Shown in pieces: positions 1 through 10,264 of a stretch of DNA of 64,000 nucleotides. The DNA is from Bdellovibrionota bacterium (GTDB taxonomy: Bacteria; Bdellovibrionota_C; UBA2361; JBGSMV01). Made by a program: the position numbers and the translations under genes. How positions within the stretch are numbered: position 1 is the stretch's first letter; every line of letters begins with the position of its first letter. The stretch is taken from NCBI GenBank assembly GCA_041739995.1, contig JBGSMV010000026.1, positions 46,699 to 110,698 of the forward strand, given 5' to 3'. The notes below the pieces were generated by a model that saw only the letters and a list, made by a program, of their open reading frames with translations, made no database searches and had not been told where the DNA came from.

Positions 1-2
1 TG

Positions 3-629
3 CTCGCAGGCGCCGAAGCTCTTGCGGAAGCAACTCGTCGCCCCGTGATTCCGATAAATAATGCGAGTGCTGTACAGCGGCTGGCTGAGGAAATTGAGCG
101 TCAGACCAAATACGCGCCCGACTCGCTCGCAGCAAGGCTCGACCGCACTGCAGCTGAAATCTTCGGCAGGATTGAAGATGGCGCACGAACAGTCTTCGAC
201 CGCACGATGCCCGCGGAATTTGCCGTTGAGCCCTCCACTGAGACGATTGCGCTTCTTGCCAATCGACAGATCGCTAAGGAAAAAAAGTTTTTTCTTGTCG
301 CGCATAGCCAGGGAAGTGTGATCGCTCAGAACGCGATGATTCTCCTTGCCCATCACCTTGACGAGGAAGTACAGGCGAAGATTATCACTGAGGCTGAAAA
401 GAAAGCTGCGCTTGCGCGCATAACAATATTTGCCGTCGGGGCCTTCGCCCGCGAAAGCGATTGGCCATCGGGACTAAAAATTGTCTCCCTGAATAGCAAA
501 GATGACCCGATCTCTTCGTTAGGAGAGCACAATGATTGGTTCCAGAAGGAGGGGCAAAACTTCACTTTCGACTCCCATAACTACTTGGAGCGCTATATTC
601 CTATGATTACACAGAAGTTGGATCGATAA
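3..629 (+). CDS. Alpha/beta-hydrolase-fold protein, 5' truncated by window edge
   Basis: Frame is open from base 3; AHSQG nucleophile elbow, then DDPI and SHNY as plausible Asp/His of a triad. Confidence 0.55.
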   Translation, partial: LAGAEALAEATRRPVIPINNASAVQRLAEEIERQTKYAPDSLAARLDRTAAEIFGRIEDGARTVFDRTMPAEFAVEPSTETIALLANRQIAKEKKFFLVAHSQGSVIAQNAMILLAHHLDEEVQAKIITEAEKKAALARITIFAVGAFARESDWPSGLKIVSLNSKDDPISSLGEHNDWFQKEGQNFTFDSHNYLERYIPMITQKLDR

Positions 630-691
630 AGAGCTCGACCAATATGAATTGAGCACCATGACTAGAAAATCGTTCAGAGAGGACAACGACA

Positions 692-946
692 ATGGATAGA
701 GCCTGGGCATTAGCGGGAGAGTCGCGTCGGAATGAACGGCAGCCGCCCGAGGAGACTCCCCCGGTGGGATGTGCCCTAGCGGCACTAGTCCTTACCGGAA
801 CGCTACTTGTTGCCCTTGGCAAGTGCTCAAGAGAAGCGAGTCTTATGGAATCCAAACAAGAGACTCCTGCCGAAAGCTACCCTGAGCAAATAGCGCAGCC
901 TTTGACTGTCGATCGACCGGAGGCTTCCCCTGCCAAGCGGGAATAG
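692..946 (+). CDS. Small hypothetical protein with one hydrophobic segment
   Basis: 84 aa ORF, ATG start, VGCALAALVLTGTLLVALG stretch, co-oriented with neighbours. Confidence 0.35.
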   Translation: MDRAWALAGESRRNERQPPEETPPVGCALAALVLTGTLLVALGKCSREASLMESKQETPAESYPEQIAQPLTVDRPEASPAKRE

Positions 947-1066
947 ACTAAAAAATCCCGCCCCTTAAGCTTTAGGCTGGCCCCCACACGAGCAATGGAT
1001 ATTTCGCATCAAGAAACGTTGCACAAGCTGCTTCGCTCAATTATTCATGAGCAGGGAGCGTTTCTC

Positions 1067-2059
1067 ATGCGATTAAGTAAGAAGGAGCAGGCTGTTCTCG
1101 CAGCGGTTGAGTTCGACGCTGACTCATCGCTTAGCGATTTTGAGAAGCCCCTCCGGATGCCGGTGTCAACAATTCGCTATCATGTAAATAACCTACTCTC
1201 GCGCGGAGTGATTCGTTACTACCCTTTTGTAAATACCCTCGCATTGGGCTTTACCCCATATTCTCTTTTCTTTTCCCTTTCCGCCCATGGGCGCAAGACA
1301 CAAGACAAGGTAATCGCAAGTTTACAGCGTAGACCCGAGGTATCTTGGTGTGCACAGATGGGTGGCCCCTATCATTTCTGCGCTACGATTCTTACTAAGA
1401 GTCTTGAGGACGTGACGCGATTTACCAATAAGTTCTGCGACGAATTTGGCGATCTTTTCTCAAGAAAGCAGATCGCCGGACAAACTTCTTTCACGCTGTT
1501 TCAAACGAAATACCTATACGAAACCCGTAAGGCCGATCGAGTACTGACCTGGTCACGCACTGTGAACGCTCATTCGCTAGACGAACTTGATGCCCAAATT
1601 CTTTCAGGACTGATTTCGCCGACCTTCGTTTCTCGCCGTGAGCTCGCGAGGTCGCTCGGAACCCCGATTGGAACAGTGGATAGTCGGGTACGGAAGTTGC
1701 GAGAGCATCAGATCATCCAAGGCGCGCTCTATTTGATCAATCCCCAGAACCTCTCGATGCACTGCTATAAGTTGCTCATTCACACTCGCGGCTTCTCGAG
1801 CGCTTTGGATCAGGAGCTATTTAAGTTTTGCCTTGAGCACCGAAATATCACTACCCTTATTCGTTGTGTGGGAAATTGGGACTATGAAATTGGCGTTGAG
1901 GTTTCCACGCCTGATGGCCTTCTTGATATTACCCATATACTGCAGGTGCACTTTGGTGAATCTATCGTCAAGATTGAAGAGCTGACCCAGTTTCGAGACC
2001 TGAAAGTGAATTGCTTCCCGTTTATCCCGCCCGCTGCCAGGCGAAGAGCTCGCGCCTAA
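1067..2059 (+). CDS. Tandem (double) Lrp/AsnC-family transcriptional regulator
   Basis: Two HTH plus RAM-like modules (LSKKEQAVL..STIRYHVNNL..GVI; LDELDAQIL..ELARSLG..TVDSRVRKL; VGNWDYEI); AGGGAG before ATG 1067 (track start 995). Confidence 0.8.
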   Translation: MRLSKKEQAVLAAVEFDADSSLSDFEKPLRMPVSTIRYHVNNLLSRGVIRYYPFVNTLALGFTPYSLFFSLSAHGRKTQDKVIASLQRRPEVSWCAQMGGPYHFCATILTKSLEDVTRFTNKFCDEFGDLFSRKQIAGQTSFTLFQTKYLYETRKADRVLTWSRTVNAHSLDELDAQILSGLISPTFVSRRELARSLGTPIGTVDSRVRKLREHQIIQGALYLINPQNLSMHCYKLLIHTRGFSSALDQELFKFCLEHRNITTLIRCVGNWDYEIGVEVSTPDGLLDITHILQVHFGESIVKIEELTQFRDLKVNCFPFIPPAARRRARA

Positions 2060-2091
2060 TGCATAACGCTCGGGCGTTAGGTTTGCCGGGC

Positions 2092-5085
2092 CTAGTAAGC
2101 CGGCTTAAAGAATATAATCTCTTGTTCCGTCGAGGCATGACTGAGTTCGCTCAGTGCCGCACGTACCCTTTCGGCATCAGCGCCAGCCTGCGGATAGCGA
2201 GCCTCAACTTGTTCAAGATATCTCTCTATGCGTGTGCGTACTAGATCGAACCCCGGTATGGTGACGGGTGGACTAGCCCATCGTAGAACGCCGCCATGGC
2301 GCGACGGGTAAAAATCGAACTTAATACGGTCGGCACGTCCTGGGGATGGATCGATAAGGTTCGCTTGTGCAGGTGTAGATACTTCTCGAGATCCATCGTA
2401 GCCAACAACGCTGTAGGATCCGAATGAGGAGATGGTCACAGCTTCTGGTTCTGGCTGCGACTGAATTATTACCCGATCTACAAAACCAGTCGACGTCGGC
2501 GTAGACTGAATTATTACCCGATCTACAAAACCAGTCGACGTCGGCGTAACTGAGCCGAAATGTACAGAGCCCTGTGGTGAATCTTCGGAAATCTGGGTAG
2601 GAGTCGTTTGGCTGAACGAGGTGTTATAGTTGGCTTTGGCTTCGAGCATACTAACGAGTGCGTGAATGGAGACTCCTTCAAGCGCCAGCGTGGTCGCGGG
2701 GAACGAATCTGAGACGAGCAGGAAACGCCGCTCGACTACGGAGTGCAATGCGCGCCGCAGCTCTTGCTGCACATCATTCGCTGCATAGGCTTGCACGTCG
2801 CTTACCGCTCCTTGCAGACCGCGAATGGCTGAATGATTGGCTGCTTGTCTTGCAGTTAGTCCGATCTGCTGCTCTAGGTGGGTCGGGGAGACCTCTCGAA
2901 GAACCCGGTCCAGAGAAGCGGTATCGGTACTCGCCGGTATCTCGGTTACCATCGCGACTCTCTTTCCTGCAACGTCAGCATGCGAGAGAACTCTAAAGAC
3001 AATGCGCTGCTCGAAGAGCAATTGGTTGACTCTTTCCGCTGTGTTCCTCGGAAGCTGAAATTGTGCGTCCGAAGTAAATCCAACACGTACCGAGTCACCC
3101 TCAATCTTCGTCTTCGATAATGGAGCAAGTCGTCCGGACGGTAGCTTCTCGCAAATCTCGATCTCTGCATCGAGCAGAGGCATATCAACGCACGCGACTT
3201 CTCCGCTCCTCTTGCCGAGCAAGACTCCGAGCCGTGGATCTCCGCGCTTAAATCGCATGGAGAGCATCGATTTCTCATCGCTGATATCTTCCCAGTCGTG
3301 GATGACTTGGTGCAGATTCTCCGGAGTTTTTGTGTACTTCTTGATAGGCTCGCTACCCGAGAGGACGCTAATCGACACCCCACCCACTGATGGAAGCTCC
3401 TCGTCGACGGGGCACTTTAATGTTGTCGTGAACTCATGCCTTTCAATCGATGTCATCCCAATATCAGCGCGTCGTTCGGGGAGCCAAAGAGGTTCGTACA
3501 GATCGACTATTACTCCTCCGCTTCCTAAGCGCTCGGCATTGGATGACCAGTCGTCATTTGGAGCAAGAAGAGACCCCGCCTTGCCGACAGGAGCCACCAA
3601 GCTGTAAGAATCTGTGGCGCCCCCGACTGAAATTCCGATTTCGGGCCGGCTGCCAAGGGGCATATCCAGCATCTTCCCCTGAATTAATTCTGCGGGAACG
3701 CCTCCCAGAATTCCGCGGAAGCATCGAACTACTAGGTTATGCGTGCCACCGGAGGTTTGAAGACGGATAGTGGAATCATCTATCCGAAGAACTTCTAGTT
3801 CGGGACCAAGCGTGGGGACCGTTAATTTCTCCAATGGCGTAGCGGGTATGTAGCGATCGGCGAAGATGCCCCCTAAAAGTCCGGCGCCTAGTGCACTCGT
3901 GGCCGCGGTGACAAGGCCGACTCTTCGACTGAGGGGACGATGATGGTGAGAGCGAATCCAAGCGCGTGCCTCAGACTGGATTCGCGGATCGTTGAGCTCT
4001 TGCTCAAGCACCAGGGCCGATTCTCGCTTAACTCCTTCATTGAGGTCTGGAAGTCGCCACAGCTCTCGCGCGAGATCTACTCTGGTTCCTGGTTCACGAA
4101 GCAAAGAGAGCGCGGATTTATTTGCAGTCGTTGGATCCATGCGGAACAATTGTATAAGCGCTTGGATTCGATGAAAGCGGCTATCACGTGAGGTTGCTCC
4201 GACTACGTAGTCTGCGATGCTCGAACAAAGACTCTTCTCGCCCGACTCGAACAATTTATTCAGTGCCGCGGCTTTAACACTGGGAGGTCCTCCCAGAACG
4301 TCAATAAGAACCTCACATGGCTCTTGGGCCAGTGGGCAAGCAAAGACACTGTAGGGTAGAACCACTTCGGTGAATTGGTCGAGCCAGGCGGTAGACTCCT
4401 TAGCGAGAAGGCGTCGCCCCTTCCGCTGGTGGATGCCGAAATCTTTCTCTTGATGCCGCACCGCGAATCGCTCTGCAGAGGTGAATAGTCGCGCATCAAA
4501 CCACACCACTTCCTCCGAAGTGGTACACAAGAGACGTGGCCCATGAAATTTGCGTGCGAAGGGCCTCTCTCCCGCCTTTGGCGGAACGCTAATGCGATCG
4601 AGCGACTCTAAGAGAGCGTATTTACCTCCGGCCGTGGTGGCATCGAGCGCCACGAACGATCTTCCTGCGATCGATGCGGTGCAGCGCCACCCATGCAAAC
4701 CCGAAGCATTGTCCGGGAATTTCCCGAACTCGAAACGGAAGACGGGCAGTTTCGAGTTCCCGCGAGCACTTGAGAGTACTAGCCGATTCGCATGACCATC
4801 GATATTGGTGAGAGGCACACACGTGCCGAACGGAACTAGACAGCGTAAAAGCTCTCCGTGGCGCTCCTTCGTGAGCCAAGAGAACCCTGGCCCTTTCGTG
4901 GTTGGAATCCCTCCACCTGTCATAAACCGCCACCAGTGGGATCTTGCCCGCCAGAGTTTCGAGCCGGTGAGCGCTAATCGTTGGTCAGTCGAGAGCTCTG
5001 CCCAGCCCGATTGCATCGCGCGACGAAACGCGGCGCTCGCTGGCGTTGCCACAGTTTCCGCAGATTGTTGGTTGGGTTCAAACAT
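2092..5085 (-). CDS. Large hypothetical single-pass membrane protein (997 aa)
   Basis: Long uninterrupted ORF, one central hydrophobic segment, no family recognised. Confidence 0.7.
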   Translation of the reverse strand: MFEPNQQSAETVATPASAAFRRAMQSGWAELSTDQRLALTGSKLWRARSHWWRFMTGGGIPTTKGPGFSWLTKERHGELLRCLVPFGTCVPLTNIDGHANRLVLSSARGNSKLPVFRFEFGKFPDNASGLHGWRCTASIAGRSFVALDATTAGGKYALLESLDRISVPPKAGERPFARKFHGPRLLCTTSEEVVWFDARLFTSAERFAVRHQEKDFGIHQRKGRRLLAKESTAWLDQFTEVVLPYSVFACPLAQEPCEVLIDVLGGPPSVKAAALNKLFESGEKSLCSSIADYVVGATSRDSRFHRIQALIQLFRMDPTTANKSALSLLREPGTRVDLARELWRLPDLNEGVKRESALVLEQELNDPRIQSEARAWIRSHHHRPLSRRVGLVTAATSALGAGLLGGIFADRYIPATPLEKLTVPTLGPELEVLRIDDSTIRLQTSGGTHNLVVRCFRGILGGVPAELIQGKMLDMPLGSRPEIGISVGGATDSYSLVAPVGKAGSLLAPNDDWSSNAERLGSGGVIVDLYEPLWLPERRADIGMTSIERHEFTTTLKCPVDEELPSVGGVSISVLSGSEPIKKYTKTPENLHQVIHDWEDISDEKSMLSMRFKRGDPRLGVLLGKRSGEVACVDMPLLDAEIEICEKLPSGRLAPLSKTKIEGDSVRVGFTSDAQFQLPRNTAERVNQLLFEQRIVFRVLSHADVAGKRVAMVTEIPASTDTASLDRVLREVSPTHLEQQIGLTARQAANHSAIRGLQGAVSDVQAYAANDVQQELRRALHSVVERRFLLVSDSFPATTLALEGVSIHALVSMLEAKANYNTSFSQTTPTQISEDSPQGSVHFGSVTPTSTGFVDRVIIQSTPTSTGFVDRVIIQSQPEPEAVTISSFGSYSVVGYDGSREVSTPAQANLIDPSPGRADRIKFDFYPSRHGGVLRWASPPVTIPGFDLVRTRIERYLEQVEARYPQAGADAERVRAALSELSHASTEQEIIFFKPAY
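2459..2548. repeat. Exact 45-bp tandem duplication (TPTSTGFVDRVIIQS twice)
   Basis: 2459-2503 identical to 2504-2548. Confidence 0.95.
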
Positions 5086-5089
5086 AAGG

Positions 5090-7621
5090 TTAATCGTCTT
5101 CGTTCTCTGATGTTCTGAGTCGATCCTCGAGCAACCGATGCCAATAGAGCGCCGACAAAAGGCGGTCTACGCCGTCCTGAAGCCATGCGTATTCACTGCG
5201 GTAGTACGTGCCCTTCAATAGCACTGCACTCTCCGCTTGCATGCCCACGAGTGTGCTGAGCAAGGCCCCCAGTTCCGAATGAACCGAGCGAATCGACTCT
5301 AAAACTGTCAGGGCTGCTTTAGGATCGTCCTGCGCCGAACTGGAAACCCAAATTCCATCGGTGTCCCCCTGGTTCTGTATGAAGTGTTCGATTTTTTCCC
5401 AGGGGGTCTTGACCACTTCGTCCTTATTCTTGGGCAGCGGATCGCCGCGGGCAGAGGGCGCTTCCTGCAATCCATCAAGAATCACTGCAAGCCTCGTGAG
5501 TTGCTTCTCCCATTGGGGCGAGGTTTCAGAGGATCCTCGAGGAGGAACCAACGCCTCATCGTCCGCGAGGGACTGTTCAAGAGCTTCAAGTGCGTTCATT
5601 TCGGAGCCAGAATTTTCTCGGGAGGATACCGCGGGGGATGTCTCTTCTTCATTGGCTTGCGCAAGAATTCTGCGAACCTCATAACTCGCTGGATTACATT
5701 CGTCTCTCAGCTTGATAAGGGTCTGATTGATGGTCTGCAGAAGCGCTTCAGCCTCTAGCCGAGGACTCAGAAACGAACCCGGCAGGACAGCGGAAGATGT
5801 GAGCTCAAAAGTCGCTTCTTCCCGTTCCTCCTCGCTTACGTACTCTCGGAGCACGACTTCGGTCGCCTCATCGTTCTTAGAGCCATCCCCCTGAATGGAG
5901 CTATGCCAAAATTTAAAGTGGAGCTCCTCAGCAAGGTTGGCCAAATGAGCAGAGTATCGATGCGGGAAGTGAACCCAGACTGACATCGTTCCAGTTTTCT
6001 CGTCGAAATAGGCATCAGCGACACTAATGTCAGGTATCCGCTCTACCTCAGCATAAAGTGAGGTATCGGGAAGCCGCGCGACAATACCAATCGGACGGTC
6101 GCTCAGGAGCTTGGCCTCCAACTCAGCAGAGCGCATCAGGAATCTGAACTCTGCATTCACACCTCTATCGGTGCTCACAACATTGTGAACGAAGGGCATC
6201 TCGGGAGCGATGTGTCGCTGTGACTCCAGTGGAACGCAAAGGGGCGAGATAAACAGAGCCGGGACAACTTTCTCCCCAGGTGAAAATCCCGCGAGGGAAG
6301 AGGCACTGACCTCAGAGGGGACGCCCCAGCTATCAACAACCGAAAACCCGTCCCAGAACTGCGCCGTTCTAAATACTGGCCACCGATTTCCCTTCGGAGT
6401 TATCAGGAAAGAAGCCGAATCTGCATTAATTTGAGGTGTCGGGCTCACAATAGAAGGTGCATCAACGTCGGTGCCAAAAAAGCGCGCGGCACGAATACAA
6501 AACACTGACGTTGCGGCAGTCACCACTGCAGTGCTGCCAAACACCACGAGAGCTCGAGCGCGTTTTGGCTCGGGCGCAACTCGACGCCGTAGAAGACGGG
6601 TGCCATCTCGACCGAGTGCGCGCCCAGTTTCATTATAAACGCAAAGCCGTAAGGCGGCTTCAGGATCAAGTTTCTCGGTGAGCTGTAAGAGGTTGCGGCG
6701 TTCCGAGCGACGTTCGAGGCTCTCGAGCATTGCACCCAATGCCTCGTGACCAATTGACCGAGTCGGGTCAAGTAGGGCTTCTTCGAAGTTCTTACCGACT
6801 GCGTTTCCTAGCGTTCGCGCAAGCAACAAAAGATCAAATCCGTTCTGCTCAGGGGAAAATTGAAAGTGAACCGACTTGAGAGTGCCAGGCATGACCTCTT
6901 CGACCCACTGCCAGATTTGTGGACCGAGTGTACGCGGTGATATTTCCTGGGGCGAGGAGGTAAGTGGTAGCTGCTCCTTGGCTTGAAGGGCTTTGACGAG
7001 AAAATCTCGAAGCTCGCCAGAGATCCACATGAGATGACCCGGTTCTTCCCAACAACAAGGACGTGTCTGAATAGCGGCAAGTGCCGCATGCTGAGGAAGG
7101 GTGTGTTCTTCGTTTAGTTTTCCCCGAAGACTTGCCGACAGCTCCGCTGGATTTACCAGTACGTCGATAGTCTTTGACCGTGCGTCACGTCGCTCTATCA
7201 CCCACGTTGGTTCTGCACCATGCAGCGCCGTCGAGTTCCCTACGCGAGTGTGCCAACGGGCGCAGTAGACGGTGTTCTCATCGGTTTCAATCCCACCGCG
7301 GAACTCTCCTCGAAGAAAACCTCCTACCCTTGTTTCTTTTAGTGTTGACGGCACCTGCCACTTGATCTCGACCCCAGCGTGATGGCTGAGGGGAATAAAA
7401 TCGGCCATAAGGGTTCGATAACGTGGTTGATCGAGCCACCGAAAGCGAGCGGATTGGCGCGGCACGCCCATCGGGGCGCTTGAGACTGGGGTGTTAAGAA
7501 CGCTGAGCACGAACCGTTCGTAACGAGAATTTAAAGCGGAGCTTGTCGCGAGCGTATCGGGTGCAGTTAGCGCACCAGTGGCACTAGATTGCCGTAAGGC
7601 TTGATTTCCTTGATTTCGCAT
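5090..7621 (-). CDS. Large hypothetical single-pass membrane protein (843 aa), probable paralogue of the 997 aa ORF
   Basis: Long ORF ending 4 nt upstream of the next; shared motifs including VTAATS in the hydrophobic segment. Confidence 0.7.
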   Translation of the reverse strand: MRNQGNQALRQSSATGALTAPDTLATSSALNSRYERFVLSVLNTPVSSAPMGVPRQSARFRWLDQPRYRTLMADFIPLSHHAGVEIKWQVPSTLKETRVGGFLRGEFRGGIETDENTVYCARWHTRVGNSTALHGAEPTWVIERRDARSKTIDVLVNPAELSASLRGKLNEEHTLPQHAALAAIQTRPCCWEEPGHLMWISGELRDFLVKALQAKEQLPLTSSPQEISPRTLGPQIWQWVEEVMPGTLKSVHFQFSPEQNGFDLLLLARTLGNAVGKNFEEALLDPTRSIGHEALGAMLESLERRSERRNLLQLTEKLDPEAALRLCVYNETGRALGRDGTRLLRRRVAPEPKRARALVVFGSTAVVTAATSVFCIRAARFFGTDVDAPSIVSPTPQINADSASFLITPKGNRWPVFRTAQFWDGFSVVDSWGVPSEVSASSLAGFSPGEKVVPALFISPLCVPLESQRHIAPEMPFVHNVVSTDRGVNAEFRFLMRSAELEAKLLSDRPIGIVARLPDTSLYAEVERIPDISVADAYFDEKTGTMSVWVHFPHRYSAHLANLAEELHFKFWHSSIQGDGSKNDEATEVVLREYVSEEEREEATFELTSSAVLPGSFLSPRLEAEALLQTINQTLIKLRDECNPASYEVRRILAQANEEETSPAVSSRENSGSEMNALEALEQSLADDEALVPPRGSSETSPQWEKQLTRLAVILDGLQEAPSARGDPLPKNKDEVVKTPWEKIEHFIQNQGDTDGIWVSSSAQDDPKAALTVLESIRSVHSELGALLSTLVGMQAESAVLLKGTYYRSEYAWLQDGVDRLLSALYWHRLLEDRLRTSENEDD

Positions 7622-7863
7622 TAGGGGCTGAGTGTAACGGACCGGGCGACCTAATCAACGCGAGCCGCCCTGAGGTCCTTGAATCTTGCTGGCAGGAAAC
7701 TCGGTTACCGATATACGAAATGGGGCCAGGCCACTTCGAAACTCCCGCAAATTCGCCAAGTTATAATATTCATAGTCGACGAGGATCCACCGTTAGCTTT
7801 ACCTAGATTGCCTAGATGGAGATCGGCTCAAATGTCCCTGCGTGAGTGGGCTAAAAGATCGAA

Positions 7864-8454
7864 ATGATCGAAGAAAATCTGCTAGTTGTGGGAGCGATTG
7901 AGGTCTCTGAGGGAAGGGGGTTAGGCGGCGAGGGAGGCATTGTTTGGAGTAGCGACACAGCCATATCGAACGCTGCCAAGAGTTTTCTCAAAACGGATTG
8001 GAAGCCCAGGGGGCCAAATTTTAACTTCAGAATGAACGACATCACTGCGAGTCTTGTGCGTTCACATCTGGAGCGATTATCCTCGTTCGTCGAATGCAGA
8101 CACTAGCTCTTCGAGATATATTCCTCCGCTCTCGAGCGATCTAAACACACCATCCTGCCGCTAGTTTACTTTGATATTGCCTATAGATTCGTACTTCTAA
8201 TAAAATCCACAAAGCTTCGCGAGCAGATCCACCGCTACTTTCTTTCTCAAGGAGTCGAGACATCCCTGCTCTTCTCTTCTGACGAACTTCTGCATCAGCA
8301 ACACACTCCCATTAGAGCGACGTGCCCAAATACCGAGAGACGTTCTGAACAGTCCTTATTAATTCCTTGATTTCCTGATCTCTCATCGGCAGAACTTGAT
8401 ACGATAACCCAGGCACTACACTCGGTGCCCAGCCAATTTGCTGAAGAACTTTAG
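7864..8454 (+). pseudogene. DegT/DnrJ/EryC1/StrS aminotransferase C-terminal remnant
   Basis: One frame reads GGEGG..NFRMNDITASL..CPNTERRSEQSLLIP*FPDLSSAELDTI with in-frame TAG 8104-8106 and TGA 8368-8370; N-terminal half absent. Confidence 0.8.
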
Positions 8455-8493
8455 AACCAGCGCCGATAGCATCACGCTCAACATGAATTACTC

Positions 8494-8665
8494 TGATCTT
8501 CCCCCGCTTTAGTGGACACGATTATACGAGGGAGGCGTGGTCTAGAAGCATTGAAACTCTATTAAAGAGGAGTAGATGAGAAGACGGCGGGCGGAGGAGG
8601 TGGAGTTCTTTGCGGTTCGACTCATACCAGCAGCGCTTCTATTATCCCACACCCTCAGCCGATAA
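8494..8665 (+). mobile_element. IS3-family left-end remnant with truncated orfA start
   Basis: TGATCTTCCCCCGCTTTAGTGGACACG resembles the IS3 left IR as I recall it; followed by GAGGAG and ATG 8576 giving MRRRRAEEVEFFAVRL; no orfB or right end. Confidence 0.6.
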
Positions 8666-8887
8666 GAACGGAATATACCTAATCGGATCCACCGCCGTAC
8701 TATGTCTGCTAAGCTCAAAGTGCAGATGCGGCTTCGTTACCATTCCAGTGGCCCCCACCAGGCCTAAGATCTCCCCCGCGCGCACTCGGCACCAGATAGA
8801 TAACCGCTGAGAGCTTAGTTGAGCGTAGTCGCTAGCACAGCTCTCTCCGTGAAAGATCCAGCTTGGAGCGGTCAGAGTGTTGCACAA
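8642..8887 (-). pseudogene. M23 peptidase C-terminal fragment
   Basis: YAQL..VRAGEILGLVGATG..PHLHFE..VDP motif; upstream HxxxD motif not seen. Confidence 0.7.
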
Positions 8888-8954
8888 TTTCTGGCCGAAA
8901 TATGACTTTGCAGAAGGTACTGCGCGTTTTCTGGATCAGTGCTAAAATCGTTGC

Positions 8955-10259
8955 ATGAGCGAAAAACGACCGATTCCAACTGCAACACCGCTTAAAAATT
9001 CCGAATCCTCGCACGGGACCAACGGAGTTTCTGCAACTCAAAGCCGTTCCTCGCAGAAAGCGCTAAGCAGCCAAGAACACATCGCGATTACTGAGCAGTT
9101 CAGCGCCAAGAATTATACACCGCTCGATGTCGTGCTGACCCGAGGCGAAGGTGCATGGTTATTCGATGTTGAAGGCAAGCGCTATCTCGACATGCTAAGT
9201 GCCTACAGTGCGGTAACTTGGGGGCACTGCAATCCTCGATTCGTCGCGGTGGCGGAAGCGCAAATGAAAAAACTGACTCTGTGTAGCCGAGGATTTTATA
9301 GCGATCAAACCGGACTGCTATGCAGAGATCTCGCTGAGCTCTGCGGAATGGAGCAAGTGCTTCCGATGAACAGCGGAGCTGAAGCTGTAGAGACTGCCAT
9401 AAAGGCGGCGAGAAAGTGGGCGTACGAGGTAAAGAAAGTTCCGGACGATAAGGCGGAGATAATAGTTTTTAGCGGCAACTTTCATGGTCGCACTGTCACG
9501 ATTGTGAGTGCCAGTAGTTCCAAAGTGAGTCGTGATCACTTTGGTCCGCTTACACCGGGCTTTGTTATGGCTCCCTACGGTGACATCGAGGCGCTGAGAA
9601 AACTGATTACTCCTCATACCGCCGCGATTCTCATTGAGCCGATTCAAGGAGAAGGCGGAGTTATAGTTCCGCCAGCAGGTTTCTTAAAGGGAGTGCGCGC
9701 TTTGTGCGATGAGCATCGAGTGCTGATGCTTGCAGACGAAATCCAAACTGGCTTGTGTAGAACCGGAGCGGTGTTCGCGTGCGATCATGAACAGGTAAAG
9801 CCCGACCTTTATATTCTCGGTAAGGCGCTTGGCGCCGCGCTGATGCCGGTTTCGGCAGTAGTGGGACGTAATGAGGTCATGGATGTTTTTACGTCAGGGA
9901 CTCATGGCAGCACCTTTGGTGGGAATCCGCTCGGGGCTGCGATTGCTCGTGAAGTGATTGCATATATAAGAGAGGAAAAGCCCGAGGTAAGAGCACGTGA
10001 GCTTGGTGACTATTTCGTCGAGCGCTTGAAGGCTGCGAATCTCTCGAAGATCAGCAGCATTCGAGGACGAGGACTGTTTGTAGGTCTTGATGTGGCAAGT
10101 CAGTACGGCAAAGCTAAGGCGTTTTGCACAGAGTTCATGAAGCTTGGGCTTTTGTGCAAAGACACTCGTGACCAGACCATCCGGTTCGCACCCCCAGTCG
10201 TAGTGACCAAGAAAGAAATAGACTGGGCTGTGGAGCAAGCAAAGGTGGTGCTCGGTTAG
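8955..10259 (+). CDS. rocD: Ornithine--oxo-acid aminotransferase (class III PLP)
   Basis: DMLSAYSAV..GH, PMNSGAEAVETA, EPIQGEGG, DEIQTGL, LGKALG, HGSTFGGNPL. Confidence 0.92.
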   Translation: MSEKRPIPTATPLKNSESSHGTNGVSATQSRSSQKALSSQEHIAITEQFSAKNYTPLDVVLTRGEGAWLFDVEGKRYLDMLSAYSAVTWGHCNPRFVAVAEAQMKKLTLCSRGFYSDQTGLLCRDLAELCGMEQVLPMNSGAEAVETAIKAARKWAYEVKKVPDDKAEIIVFSGNFHGRTVTIVSASSSKVSRDHFGPLTPGFVMAPYGDIEALRKLITPHTAAILIEPIQGEGGVIVPPAGFLKGVRALCDEHRVLMLADEIQTGLCRTGAVFACDHEQVKPDLYILGKALGAALMPVSAVVGRNEVMDVFTSGTHGSTFGGNPLGAAIAREVIAYIREEKPEVRARELGDYFVERLKAANLSKISSIRGRGLFVGLDVASQYGKAKAFCTEFMKLGLLCKDTRDQTIRFAPPVVVTKKEIDWAVEQAKVVLG

Positions 10260-10264
10260 TTTCC

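Noticed and set aside
8104..8370. Stop-codon recoding (Pyl, Sec or alternative code) in the DegT frame
   Set aside because: Two different stops, missing N-terminal half, and TAG and TGA both end normal genes in this window
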